Source of the DNA: Bradyrhizobium sp.
Lineage (GTDB): Bacteria > Pseudomonadota > Alphaproteobacteria > Rhizobiales > Xanthobacteraceae
Length of the DNA: 52,259 nt
Reading direction: 5' to 3'
NCBI GenBank assembly: GCA_040392305.1
Contig: JBEBWH010000001.1
Coordinates: 1-52,259 of the forward strand
The first letter of the stretch is position 1. Each line of letters starts with the position of its first letter. The translations under genes and the position numbers were made by a program. Below, in pieces: positions 37,913-45,976 of this stretch. The notes beneath the pieces were generated by a model. The model did not search any database. It was not told where the DNA came from and was given only the letters and a program-made list of their open reading frames with translations.

Positions 37913-37974
37913 GCGTCACGTGCACATTGTCCTGTTGATTGAGGCCACGGTGGTCTCAGCAACGGAGACACGCA

Positions 37975-38226
37975 ATGGCTTACGAAGACAAAAAGACCAA
38001 ACAGCAGGACCAGAAACAGGATGATGGCACCTGCCCCGACTCAGTCGCTAAAGACCAAGCGCCGCAGAAGAAGGCTTTCAGCGTCAGGGAATTCTGCGCG
38101 GCGTACGGCGTCAGCCGCTCTCACGCTTATAATGAGATAAAGGCCGGTCGTCTTAAGTCTCATAATCCCGGACGGCGCCGCCTCATCGGGATCGACGATG
38201 CCGACGATTGGTTTGACCGTTCGTAG
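37975..38226 (+). CDS. AlpA/excisionase-like helix-turn-helix DNA-binding protein
   Basis: ATG 37975 with GGAGA upstream. 'FSVREFCAAYGVSRSHAYNEIKAGRLKSHNPGRRRLIGIDDADDWF' matches the HTH_17/AlpA pattern. Acidic/Lys-rich N-terminal tail. Confidence 0.65.
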   Translation: MAYEDKKTKQQDQKQDDGTCPDSVAKDQAPQKKAFSVREFCAAYGVSRSHAYNEIKAGRLKSHNPGRRRLIGIDDADDWFDRS

Positions 38227-38939
38227 TGCGCGCCCGTCGGAGTAAGCCTTCGCGATCGAGGGCTTCGTCGCTTGCAGGCTGCGCTCTAAAGCCAACCAAT
38301 CACACTCGACCTCATTGAACTCAAAATGATTAGAAGGGCATTCCTCCGGGAATGAACGATAAACTATGCCTATTTCAATCAATACGGGACTATATACCCC
38401 ATTGATCATCGACAAGATCACCATCCTACAGTCAAAGCCTGACTCGCTGAGTCCTGGAACGGATGACAGCATTCGGGGGATCGAGCGGCGACTGAGACCG
38501 AGCTGTCTCGGATGTGATCCGGCCCATCTCCCGAACCCATTCACTAAAATCCGGGTAATCTCGACCGAACAGCTGCGCCCGGCCATCGGCGATAGCGCCG
38601 AACTGTTCTTTGACTGCGCTAGACGACGCCGCATCAAAAGCGCGATGGCGACGTTGCGATCTCCACAGAGGCAGGCAGTCGCCGCAGTCGACGATCCCGA
38701 TAAGGTCCCCCGCAGACCTCTGGGACCATTGGCCTGATTGTCTGACATCATCTGGACTTGGCGATACAGCGCAGCCTTAACCGCCATCTAAAAGGGCTGC
38801 ACTGCCGCTGTCTCTGACGTCCGCCGCTGGCTCTGGTGATAGCGCCCCGAAGCCTCGCACTTACCCGGGAAAGGCAGCGCCACATTTCCATCATTCATTT
38901 CTCGCGCACGAGAGCGCAAGACCTTTTTGGAGAAAGAAC

Positions 38940-39296
38940 ATGAAGTTTAACGGCGATTTTAAAGACTTAATGGCAATCGTCGCCATCACAGGAAGCGCGG
39001 GCACTTGGTCCGGAACCGATCCGCATGACTATAGGGCTACGGACGGCGCTATCCTGAAGTGGTGGCCCTCGACAAAAACGGTTCTCTTCCAAGGTCCCCC
39101 AGCTGCGCGTGATAAGCTTAAGAGCGCTGTGATCCGGGCTATTAAACAACGGGCTCTCGACCAGGCGTCGGCCGAGAAGCAGTCGACCGGATCAACAGCG
39201 GCACCACAGATCGCAAGTGCGCCCGACCGCGCGGTCTACATAGTCAAGGTCGAACTTGTTCAGGTCGCGACGGTTCCGGTGAATGGCGAGAAGTAA
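38940..39296 (+). CDS. hypothetical protein (possible RNase HIII N-terminal-like/TBP-like small domain)
   Basis: 118 aa. GGAGA 8 nt upstream. 'GAILKWWPSTKTVLFQGPPAA' resembles the '...Y.SGKVLFQGK.A' motif of RNase HIII N-domains (weak). The stop is 1 nt before the next ATG. Confidence 0.55.
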   Translation: MKFNGDFKDLMAIVAITGSAGTWSGTDPHDYRATDGAILKWWPSTKTVLFQGPPAARDKLKSAVIRAIKQRALDQASAEKQSTGSTAAPQIASAPDRAVYIVKVELVQVATVPVNGEK

Positions 39297-39297
39297 C

Positions 39298-39783
39298 ATG
39301 GTCAAGAACAAACTGGTGGTGAAGTCAAGGCATCCGGCCGCTCTTAATCTGCTGAAGAATCACGCCCCCGAGTGCGTCGATGATCTTGCGTGGCCAAAGG
39401 ACTTTCGTGAGCTTCTGGGCCAAATCATCGAAACAAAGCGGATTCGCGTCATTGCTGCCGGTACTCCCGGCGTTGGGAAGACTTGCGGAGCAGAACTCCT
39501 AATTCGTCTATTGGACCTCGACGCCATCTGGCTCCGTGGCATCAAAGGCGGCGGAATTGACGAAATCAAGGAGGCGGTCGTTGCGGCAAGCATGGTGTCC
39601 CTGGAGGGCAAGCGGCGTGCGATCATTATCGACGAAGCCGACTCCTATAGCTCCCATGCACTGAACGTGCTTCGCGGCGACACGATGGAAGACGATGACG
39701 TTGCGTTCATCATCATGTGCAACGATGCCGCAAAAATTCCGGATGCGGTGAGATCGCGATATGTTCATCTTCGACGCAAGTGA
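39298..39783 (+). CDS. RFC/DnaX-like AAA+ ATPase core, apparently truncated before the lid domain
   Basis: Walker A GTPGVGKT, GIDEIKE, Walker B IIIDEAD, NVLRGDTME, IIMCN, and RSR (SRC-like) in clamp-loader order. Stops 10 codons after RSR. Confidence 0.65.
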   Translation: MVKNKLVVKSRHPAALNLLKNHAPECVDDLAWPKDFRELLGQIIETKRIRVIAAGTPGVGKTCGAELLIRLLDLDAIWLRGIKGGGIDEIKEAVVAASMVSLEGKRRAIIIDEADSYSSHALNVLRGDTMEDDDVAFIIMCNDAAKIPDAVRSRYVHLRRK

Positions 39784-41158
39784 CAAGGCTCAGGCCAACG
39801 CGCTTCAACGAGAGCAATTGCGCCGCGCCCTCGAAATTCTCGAGGCCGAAGGCATCGCAGCCGACCCAGATCAGGTGAAGGCCGTGCTCGCTCCTCACAA
39901 AACTGATTTCCGAAGTGGCTTACGTGCGCTCGAACGATGGATGAGCCGGCTCGGAAGCGAAGCCACAACGGCGTCCTCGAATATCACGGTTCCAACACAG
40001 TGTTTGACTGCGGACGTCGACGACGAGATCGACAAAGACGCTGCCACGAATTCAGATTACGACGACACAGTCGGCAATTACCCAGCAATTGGTGGCGATA
40101 CTGACGGACATGCGCGAGTCGCGAATGAAACGTCAGCGCTGCTCAGTACTATACGAGGTATATTCGAAGAACACCTTGTTTTGCCGTCCGGCGGATCGAC
40201 AGCACTTGCCCTATTCACGATGCTTGCGTATGCCAAGGATGCCGTGGATTACATGCCAATTCTTGCGATCGTGTCCCCGCAGAAGGAATGTGGCAAAACT
40301 GCCACCCTCGACCTCTTAAGTATGTTGATCGATGGTGCTGTTTCGACTGTAAATATCACGCCCGCGGCTGTGTTTGAAAAGGCCGATGAAGGAGTTCCCC
40401 TCCTCATCGATGAAGCTGACCTGTTTCTCTCAAAGAACAGCGACCTGATTCGCCTTCTAAATGGCGGCATTAGGCGGAGTTCTGCGAAAGTCTATCGGGC
40501 AGGTAACAAGTCTTACAGCGTCTGGTGTCCGAAAATCATTGCACGCATCGGTGCGATTGAACCGGCGACGCTCGCAAGCCGTTGCATCAAGATCAGAATG
40601 CGGCGAAGTTTGCCCGATGAAGTCCGCGCCCGCGTTCGACCACAACTCGAAGAGGCCTTTGCTCCGCTGCGCGAACGCCGCGAAAGTTGGGTGGCAAACT
40701 CGAAAAAGATCATTGAGATGTCTGACCCGCAGATGCCGACAGGCTTTCGGGGCCGGCTGGCCGATAATTGGCGGGGACTCCTTGCGATTGCGGATCTTGC
40801 CGGCAAACACTGGGGCGCGCTGGCTCGCACCGCTGCGATGGCTCTCGAGGATATGGGCGGAGCCGAACTAGACCTCGGAACTCTTCTCCTCCAGGATATT
40901 CGCGAAATCTTGGCCGATGGCGGAATTCAACAGATATTTTCGGCAGACCTAGCCGATCTTTTGCGGAAGAAGGCGGATCGGCCATGGGTCACATGGTCAA
41001 GATATCCGCAACGCGAGATTGCGAAAATCCTCGATCCGTATGGCATTCGCCCGAAGAACATTAGAATTTTTCCCAGACAGGCTAAGGGTTATACCGCCGA
41101 TCAATTTGAAGATACCTTTCGACGATTTCTTAACGGTCAGTCGGCGGAAGCGGCCTAG
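39761..41158 (+). CDS. DUF3631 domain protein (P-loop NTPase plus C-terminal winged-helix-like part). N-terminus looks like the missing AAA+ lid.
   Basis: 465 aa. Overlaps the previous ORF by 23 nt in the +1 frame. 'SPQKECGKT' and 'LLIDEADLF'. C-terminal 'RLADNWRGLLAIADLAG..W' and 'GIRPKNIRI...KGYTADQFEDTFRRFL' are hallmark DUF3631 segments. Confidence 0.8.
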   Translation: MFIFDASDKAQANALQREQLRRALEILEAEGIAADPDQVKAVLAPHKTDFRSGLRALERWMSRLGSEATTASSNITVPTQCLTADVDDEIDKDAATNSDYDDTVGNYPAIGGDTDGHARVANETSALLSTIRGIFEEHLVLPSGGSTALALFTMLAYAKDAVDYMPILAIVSPQKECGKTATLDLLSMLIDGAVSTVNITPAAVFEKADEGVPLLIDEADLFLSKNSDLIRLLNGGIRRSSAKVYRAGNKSYSVWCPKIIARIGAIEPATLASRCIKIRMRRSLPDEVRARVRPQLEEAFAPLRERRESWVANSKKIIEMSDPQMPTGFRGRLADNWRGLLAIADLAGKHWGALARTAAMALEDMGGAELDLGTLLLQDIREILADGGIQQIFSADLADLLRKKADRPWVTWSRYPQREIAKILDPYGIRPKNIRIFPRQAKGYTADQFEDTFRRFLNGQSAEAA

Positions 41159-41172
41159 TTCGCCTGGGCCGG

Positions 41173-41190
41173 TGGGACGGTTGGGACGGT
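41173..41190 (+). repeat. 9-bp tandem repeat TGGGACGGT x2
   Basis: Perfect tandem copies 15 nt after the DUF3631 stop. Confidence 0.6.
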
Positions 41191-41431
41191 CACCACCGCC
41201 GTGGTCGAGACGAAAGCCGACCTCCGGTAGAAGTTGCGGCTTAACTCAAGGCGTAAGCGCCTAAGATGGCTTCCTCACCCATACGATTGCGCAAGCATCG
41301 GTCGCGAATCCAGCCACCTTAAAGACTGCAGCAATCGTCTGCAAAGGAGCCCGCATTGAGCTTGATTTACGACATTTATGGATTTTATTCCTAATTTATT
41401 ATATGCTATTGCTTTTGCCACGGAGCCATTC

Positions 41432-42016
41432 ATGAGTCTTATTGGGTATGCACGCGTTTCGACTGCCGACCAGAATCCTGCATTACAAACAGACGCGCTG
41501 AGGACGGTTGGATGCAGCCGCGTTTTTGTCGAAACGGCATCGGGGGCTCTCAATGACCGCCCTCAACTCAACGCTGCGCTCGACTACCTTCGGGCCGGCG
41601 ACACGCTGGTTGTCTGGAAGCTTGATCGGCTCGCTCGCTCGATCAACCATTTGATTGCAACCATCGATAAACTGCAGCAGCTGGGCTGCGGGTTTCAGTC
41701 GCTGACGGAATCGATCGACACCACGACCCCCACCGGCAAGCTGACCTTTCACGTCTTTAGTGCCCTAACTGAATTTGAGCGCAGCATCATCCGAGAACGC
41801 ACTTTAGCCGGGCTTGTGTCGGCTAGAGCCCGGGGTCGGGTGGGTGGACGGCCACGAAGTCTTTCAAGCCAAGATATCGTAGCTGCGAAAGCGCTTATTC
41901 GCGATGGCACACTCACCATTGCGGATGTGGCCCGCCGGGTCGGGGTTTCCGACGCAACGCTTTACAAATACATCCCCCACCCGCGCAACAGCATGGTTGA
42001 AGGGATGCCAGATTGA
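41432..42016 (+). CDS. serine recombinase (resolvase/invertase family) with C-terminal HTH
   Basis: ATG 41432. 'IGYARVSTADQNPALQ' catalytic Ser, 'LVVWKLDRLARS', 'ALTEFERSIIRERT', 'GRVGGRP', and a C-terminal HTH 'IADVARRVGVSDATLYKYI'. Confidence 0.9.
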   Translation: MSLIGYARVSTADQNPALQTDALRTVGCSRVFVETASGALNDRPQLNAALDYLRAGDTLVVWKLDRLARSINHLIATIDKLQQLGCGFQSLTESIDTTTPTGKLTFHVFSALTEFERSIIRERTLAGLVSARARGRVGGRPRSLSSQDIVAAKALIRDGTLTIADVARRVGVSDATLYKYIPHPRNSMVEGMPD

Positions 42017-42189
42017 GAAGCTCCGCAACGGTTGCGTTGGATGAATTTAATGCGGCGCGATGTCTGATGAGGATGTAGCCATCATTGTCGATCCGATGGT
42101 GTTATCGCTTGGTCGACGACATTCTAGATATGTGTGGGGACGCTGCCACGGCGTCGCCGATGCATATCCGTTTAATTGGTGAGAGAGAC

Positions 42190-42425
42190 GAGGACGCCCG
42201 CTGCGAAGCGGCAAGCTGTCGCGCCTCTCGTGGCCGATCACGGGATGAGCGAACGCCGGGCGTGTAAAGCCATCGGCTCCTGCCGCATGACGATCAGATA
42301 CCAGACGATCCGCACGGACGACACCGACCCTGCGCGAGCGCATGAGGGCCATCGCGCAGGAGCGTCGGCGCTTTGGCTAACGGCGCATCCATGTGTTGCT
42401 CAAACGGGAGCGCTTCGTGGTCTGC
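42190..42425 (+). pseudogene. IS3-family transposase (OrfB N-terminal) fragment
   Basis: 'VADHGMSERRACKAIGSCRMTIRYQ' then, after a frame change near 42320-42330, 'LRERMRAIAQERRRFG*RRIHVLLKRERFVV' with an in-frame TAA (42378-42380) where IS3 transposases have Tyr. No DDE region follows. Confidence 0.65.
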
Positions 42426-42534
42426 CGAAGGCTCCGCGCCAGCCCCCGTCGCTTCCACCGCCCGATCGGGCAAATCCAACCGCCGGAGCGAACTCCAAAT
42501 TGGATAAAACCCGAGGGGCAACGTCACACCAGAT

Positions 42535-42985
42535 CGCCAGCGCTGACCTCAATCACGTCATACGAAAGGTCTCGGCCATTTGCTGCGGTTGCGACGTCAA
42601 TCTGAAGATTCGTAGCGGCAGCATTCATGCGTTGATCGGCCCCAATGGGGCCGGCAAGACGAACTGTTTCAATCTGCTGACCAGGTTCCTGCAGCTATCC
42701 GCCGGGCATGGCTCCCGCCGATGTCTCGCGGCTCGGCTTGGTGCGCTCGTTCCAGATTTCGGCGGTGTTTCCGCATCTGACGGCGCTGGAGAACGTCCGC
42801 ATAGCGCTGCAGCGTCAGCACAGCGACTCTTTCGATTTCTGGCGTTCAAGAGCGTGCTCGACTGCTTCAATATGCGCGCGGAGGAACTGCTGGATGACGT
42901 GGGCTTGGGTGAATTCGCTAAGGCGCCGGCGGGTGAAGTGCCTTTCCGCAGGGTTCCATTGGCTTTTGCTTGGCGGTGGCTGTAG
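42535..42985 (+). pseudogene. LivG-like ABC transporter ATP-binding protein remnant
   Basis: 'IHALIGPNGAGKTNCFNLLTRFL' (Walker A), then an internal deletion/frame change. 'PADVSRLGLVRSFQISAVFPHLTALENVRIALQ' (Q-loop) follows in another frame, then a third frame for 'AEELLDDVGLGEFA'. No signature motif or Walker B. Confidence 0.7.
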
Positions 42986-43006
42986 CGCCGCCGAGCTGCG
43001 TCGTCG

Positions 43007-44398
43007 TCAGATCATTCGGAGTGGATCCAGCGCCGCCTCCAAGGCCTCGACCTCAACTAATCCACTATCGGCCAGAGTGTCATGCAAGGCCAGGCCGGTC
43101 GCTAAAGCTTTCTTCGCAAGCAACGCTGCCCGTTCATAGCCGATAATAGGAACGAGTGCCGTTACCAGCCCGGTGCTGCGATCGAGATGATGCCGACAGT
43201 GATCTCTATTAGCGGCAACTCCATTAATACAACGTTCGGTGAGCGTAGCAGTTGCTTTGGTTAATAGCTTCTGAGACATTAGCAGATTGAAGACGATCAA
43301 GGGCTCCATTGCGTTAAGCTGAAGCTGCCCAGCCTCTGCTGCGAAAGTCACGGCCAAGTCGTTTCCTATTACTTGAAAGCACACCTGATTCATCAATTCT
43401 GGGATAACCGGATTTACCTTTCCGGGCATGATAGATGAGCCTGGCTGCTGGTCGGGCAAATGAATTTCGCCGAAGCCGCCGCGCGGGCCGCTCGATAACA
43501 AGCGAAGATCGTTCGAAATTTTGGAAAGCTTAGTCGCGGTTCTTTTGAGCATTCCTGAATACAGAACGAATGCCCCGGTGTCCCAGTTCGCCTCGATCAG
43601 ATTGTTCGAAGGCCGAATATTGACGCCGCTCACTCGAGCCAGCTCCTCGAGAGCAAGCTTTCGGTAGACAGGAGAGGCATTCAGGGCGGTCCCAATCGCA
43701 GTGCCGCCGAGGTGAATCTCCTTTAGAAGGTCAGCTATTTCGCGTCCCCGTTCAATGTCTTCGGTCATTGTCGTCGCATACGCTAGGAATTCCTGTCCCA
43801 ATGTCATGGGCACCGCATCCTGCAGTTGGGTGCGTCCCAACTTGATAACGTCCTTAAATTCGAACCCTTTCGCCTGGAATGCGCTGACCAGACGCGAAAG
43901 TTCTTTATCGAGGAGCGCGTGACTAAAAACAATCGCAAGCCGGCAAGCCGTTGGGTACACATCGTTTGTAGATTGCGACATGTTTACATGATCATTGGGG
44001 TGGACTCTTTCCGGCACTCCATTGTTGGAGAGCGTCCGGTTTGCAAGCGTCGCGATGACCTCGTTCGCATTCATGTTAAATGATGTGCCGGCACCACCTT
44101 GAATCATGTCGAGTGGAAACTCGTTGTCCCAATGATTGTCGATGATCTCATCGCAGGCCGTTCGGATAGCGGCATGTCGATGAGCATCGAGATTTCCTGC
44201 CTTCTGATTTGCATCGGCTGCTGCACGTTTCACCATTCCGATAGCGCGTATAAGAAGGGGGAACTGCGAGGCTTTGATATCTGATACTCGAAAGTTCTCC
44301 AAGGCACGTTGGGTCTGTGCGCCCCACAATCTGTTGGGCTGGATGGAAATCGGACCCAGTGAATCAATTTCGATTCTGTCGTCGCAAACCGTCTTCAT
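43007..44398 (-). CDS. aspA: aspartate ammonia-lyase (aspartase/fumarase class II superfamily)
   Basis: 463 aa. GAGGAG RBS. 'GGAGTSFNMNANEVI', and a signature loop 'GSSIMPGKVNPVIPELMNQVCFQVIGND' that is closer to AspA (..NPV.PE..NQVCF.V.GND) than to FumC. Confidence 0.85.
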   Translation of the reverse strand: MKTVCDDRIEIDSLGPISIQPNRLWGAQTQRALENFRVSDIKASQFPLLIRAIGMVKRAAADANQKAGNLDAHRHAAIRTACDEIIDNHWDNEFPLDMIQGGAGTSFNMNANEVIATLANRTLSNNGVPERVHPNDHVNMSQSTNDVYPTACRLAIVFSHALLDKELSRLVSAFQAKGFEFKDVIKLGRTQLQDAVPMTLGQEFLAYATTMTEDIERGREIADLLKEIHLGGTAIGTALNASPVYRKLALEELARVSGVNIRPSNNLIEANWDTGAFVLYSGMLKRTATKLSKISNDLRLLSSGPRGGFGEIHLPDQQPGSSIMPGKVNPVIPELMNQVCFQVIGNDLAVTFAAEAGQLQLNAMEPLIVFNLLMSQKLLTKATATLTERCINGVAANRDHCRHHLDRSTGLVTALVPIIGYERAALLAKKALATGLALHDTLADSGLVEVEALEAALDPLRMI

Positions 44399-44781
44399 AA
44401 CGAACTGTGCTCCTCCGTAATGGGCTTTTGGGTGAAATGTTAGTTTAGAGACTGCAATTTTAATGTCTCTCTGGTGTGGGGCAGACAGGCTTCGGGGCGG
44501 CGGCTGATATCTCGGTGATGAGTCTGGGGTCGTCGTATTATCATGACATCGCCGGTTTCGATCACGATCGCGCCTCCTTCAGTTGCTCTGGACCAGAATG
44601 TTTTGTTCACGACCAATTCAATCTTGGAGCGCATCCTCTACGAACGCAGTATCATTGTCTGAACATATGGGCCCAGGGATGCTCGCGAGAGAAGCAACTC
44701 GCACAGTGCCTCGATGATGTCTCAAGGCCGTTATTCGCTGGCGCGGTGAGCCGCTCTTCTCTAGTGTTCGGACGAACAGTT

Positions 44782-45747
44782 TCATATTGGGCTTGTATCG
44801 TTACTGAGTCGAACGAAGCGCTCGCTAAGGGATGCCGCCTTCTCCACGCGACTGAGATTTTTTCGCACAATTTCCGGTCGAGCATGAACACAGGATGCCA
44901 GTAAGAGATTGGTAAGGGCTACGGCAGCAACAAAGGAATTGCCATAAAAATCCGAAATGGCGGGTGCGATAAGGCTGTAGTCGCAGAGCTGCGCGGCTGG
45001 CGCGCTCAGCGAGTCAGTAAGCGCTCCGGTGCGCGTGCCAGATGATTTTGCAATCTGGATCGCATCAATCGTTTGTTTGCTATATCGAGGAAACGAGTAA
45101 GCGATTAAAACGTCTTCCCTGTCTATCCAACTCAATTGTTCGAACATGGTATCGCTCGAGTCAATGACAATGACTTTGGGTGCGATCTTTGTGAGGTAGT
45201 GACCCAGCAAAGTGGCAAGCGCCCGCGACGAACGCAGTCCTACTATGTAACAGGTCTCGGCAGCGCAAACGGCTTCGATAAGGTTGTGCAGGGCTGTGCG
45301 ATCGATGCGTTCAAGCGCCGCTTGGAGATTGAGAGTCTCCCGCTCTGCCAAGTGCGTAATTAGATTCGATTCATCCTTGATCTCATCGTGGCCTATAAGT
45401 CGATCAATCGGAGAAAGCGTTTCGAGCAATCCCTCGCGCAAAAACTCCTGCAGTTCAGGATATCCGTGGAATCCGAGCATTCTCGCAAAGCGCACTACTG
45501 TCGATTCGCTAGCGTTGACGCTCGAAGCGATCTCTGCCGCGGTTAGAAATGCAGCCTTGTGCCCACTTTTCAATAAGAAGGCGGCGATCTTGTTTTGGGT
45601 GGCCGATAAAGATCGCTCGATACTGTTTAGACGGTCGAGCAAGGATCGTTCGCGCAAATTCAATCTCCTTTTTAAAGCTCTGCCTGATGGGTAGACATAA
45701 CACAATACTTGCACCAATGGTGGAATTATGTCATCCTTAACGTGCAC
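44782..45747 (-). CDS. MurR/RpiR family transcriptional regulator (HTH plus SIS domain)
   Basis: 'LSATQNKIAAFLLKSGHKAAFLTAAEIASSVNASESTVVRFARMLGFHGYPELQ' HTH_6 region, then a SIS domain (CYIVGLRSS..., IAYSFPRYS). The true start is probably downstream of 45747. Confidence 0.85.
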   Translation of the reverse strand: MHVKDDIIPPLVQVLCYVYPSGRALKRRLNLRERSLLDRLNSIERSLSATQNKIAAFLLKSGHKAAFLTAAEIASSVNASESTVVRFARMLGFHGYPELQEFLREGLLETLSPIDRLIGHDEIKDESNLITHLAERETLNLQAALERIDRTALHNLIEAVCAAETCYIVGLRSSRALATLLGHYLTKIAPKVIVIDSSDTMFEQLSWIDREDVLIAYSFPRYSKQTIDAIQIAKSSGTRTGALTDSLSAPAAQLCDYSLIAPAISDFYGNSFVAAVALTNLLLASCVHARPEIVRKNLSRVEKAASLSERFVRLSNDTSPI

Positions 45748-45845
45748 TTCTGAAGCCGCGACTTAGGGCGCCAAATAACACGAAATGAAGTTGGATATGG
45801 GGGTTGAACGGCCGCGCCTGCGAATGACCTGGCCTCGCGACGTTT

Positions 45846-45871
45846 GCAGTGCACTCAGGCAGTGCACTCAG
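45846..45871. promoter_or_regulatory. perfect 13-bp tandem repeat GCAGTGCACTCAG x2, each containing the palindrome AGTGCACT
   Basis: Located in the 229-bp divergent region between the RpiR regulator and the molybdenum-hydroxylase operon. Confidence 0.5.
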
Positions 45872-45976
45872 TAAGTGTCCTTGGGTGGTTCAATGGTGTC
45901 TTTCGGTGGCAACTCCTGCTGTCGGAGACCCATGTGGCGCTACGGCGAGCGGTCTTAAGAACCGTCAGGAGATGAA

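Noticed and set aside
38041-38787. 248-aa minus-strand ORF in the island
   Set aside because: It overlaps the better-supported AlpA-like gene by 186 nt. It is Arg/Ser/Leu-rich with no motif, and a different frame of the same strand looks more protein-like. It is kept only as part of the 'no credible gene' finding.
39761-39783. Programmed ribosomal frameshift site in the AAA+/DUF3631 overlap
   Set aside because: There is no A-AAA-AAG-type slippery heptamer or prfB-like CUU-UGA context. The frames differ by +1 and the stop context is AAG-UGA-C. A mutation or sequencing indel is at least as likely, so recoding is mentioned only as a hypothesis.
41297-41318. tRNA-like 3' fragment (ATCGGTCGCGAATCCAGCCACC) that might mark a second attachment site
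   Set aside because: It only loosely resembles a T-loop (GGTTCGAATCC). No T-stem or acceptor pairing can be drawn, and it does not repeat the tRNA-Leu 3' end.
44440-44634. 64-aa ORF as a stand-alone gene
   Set aside because: It is too short, has no RBS and overlaps the aspA promoter region. I treat it as a possible cupin remnant rather than a feature.
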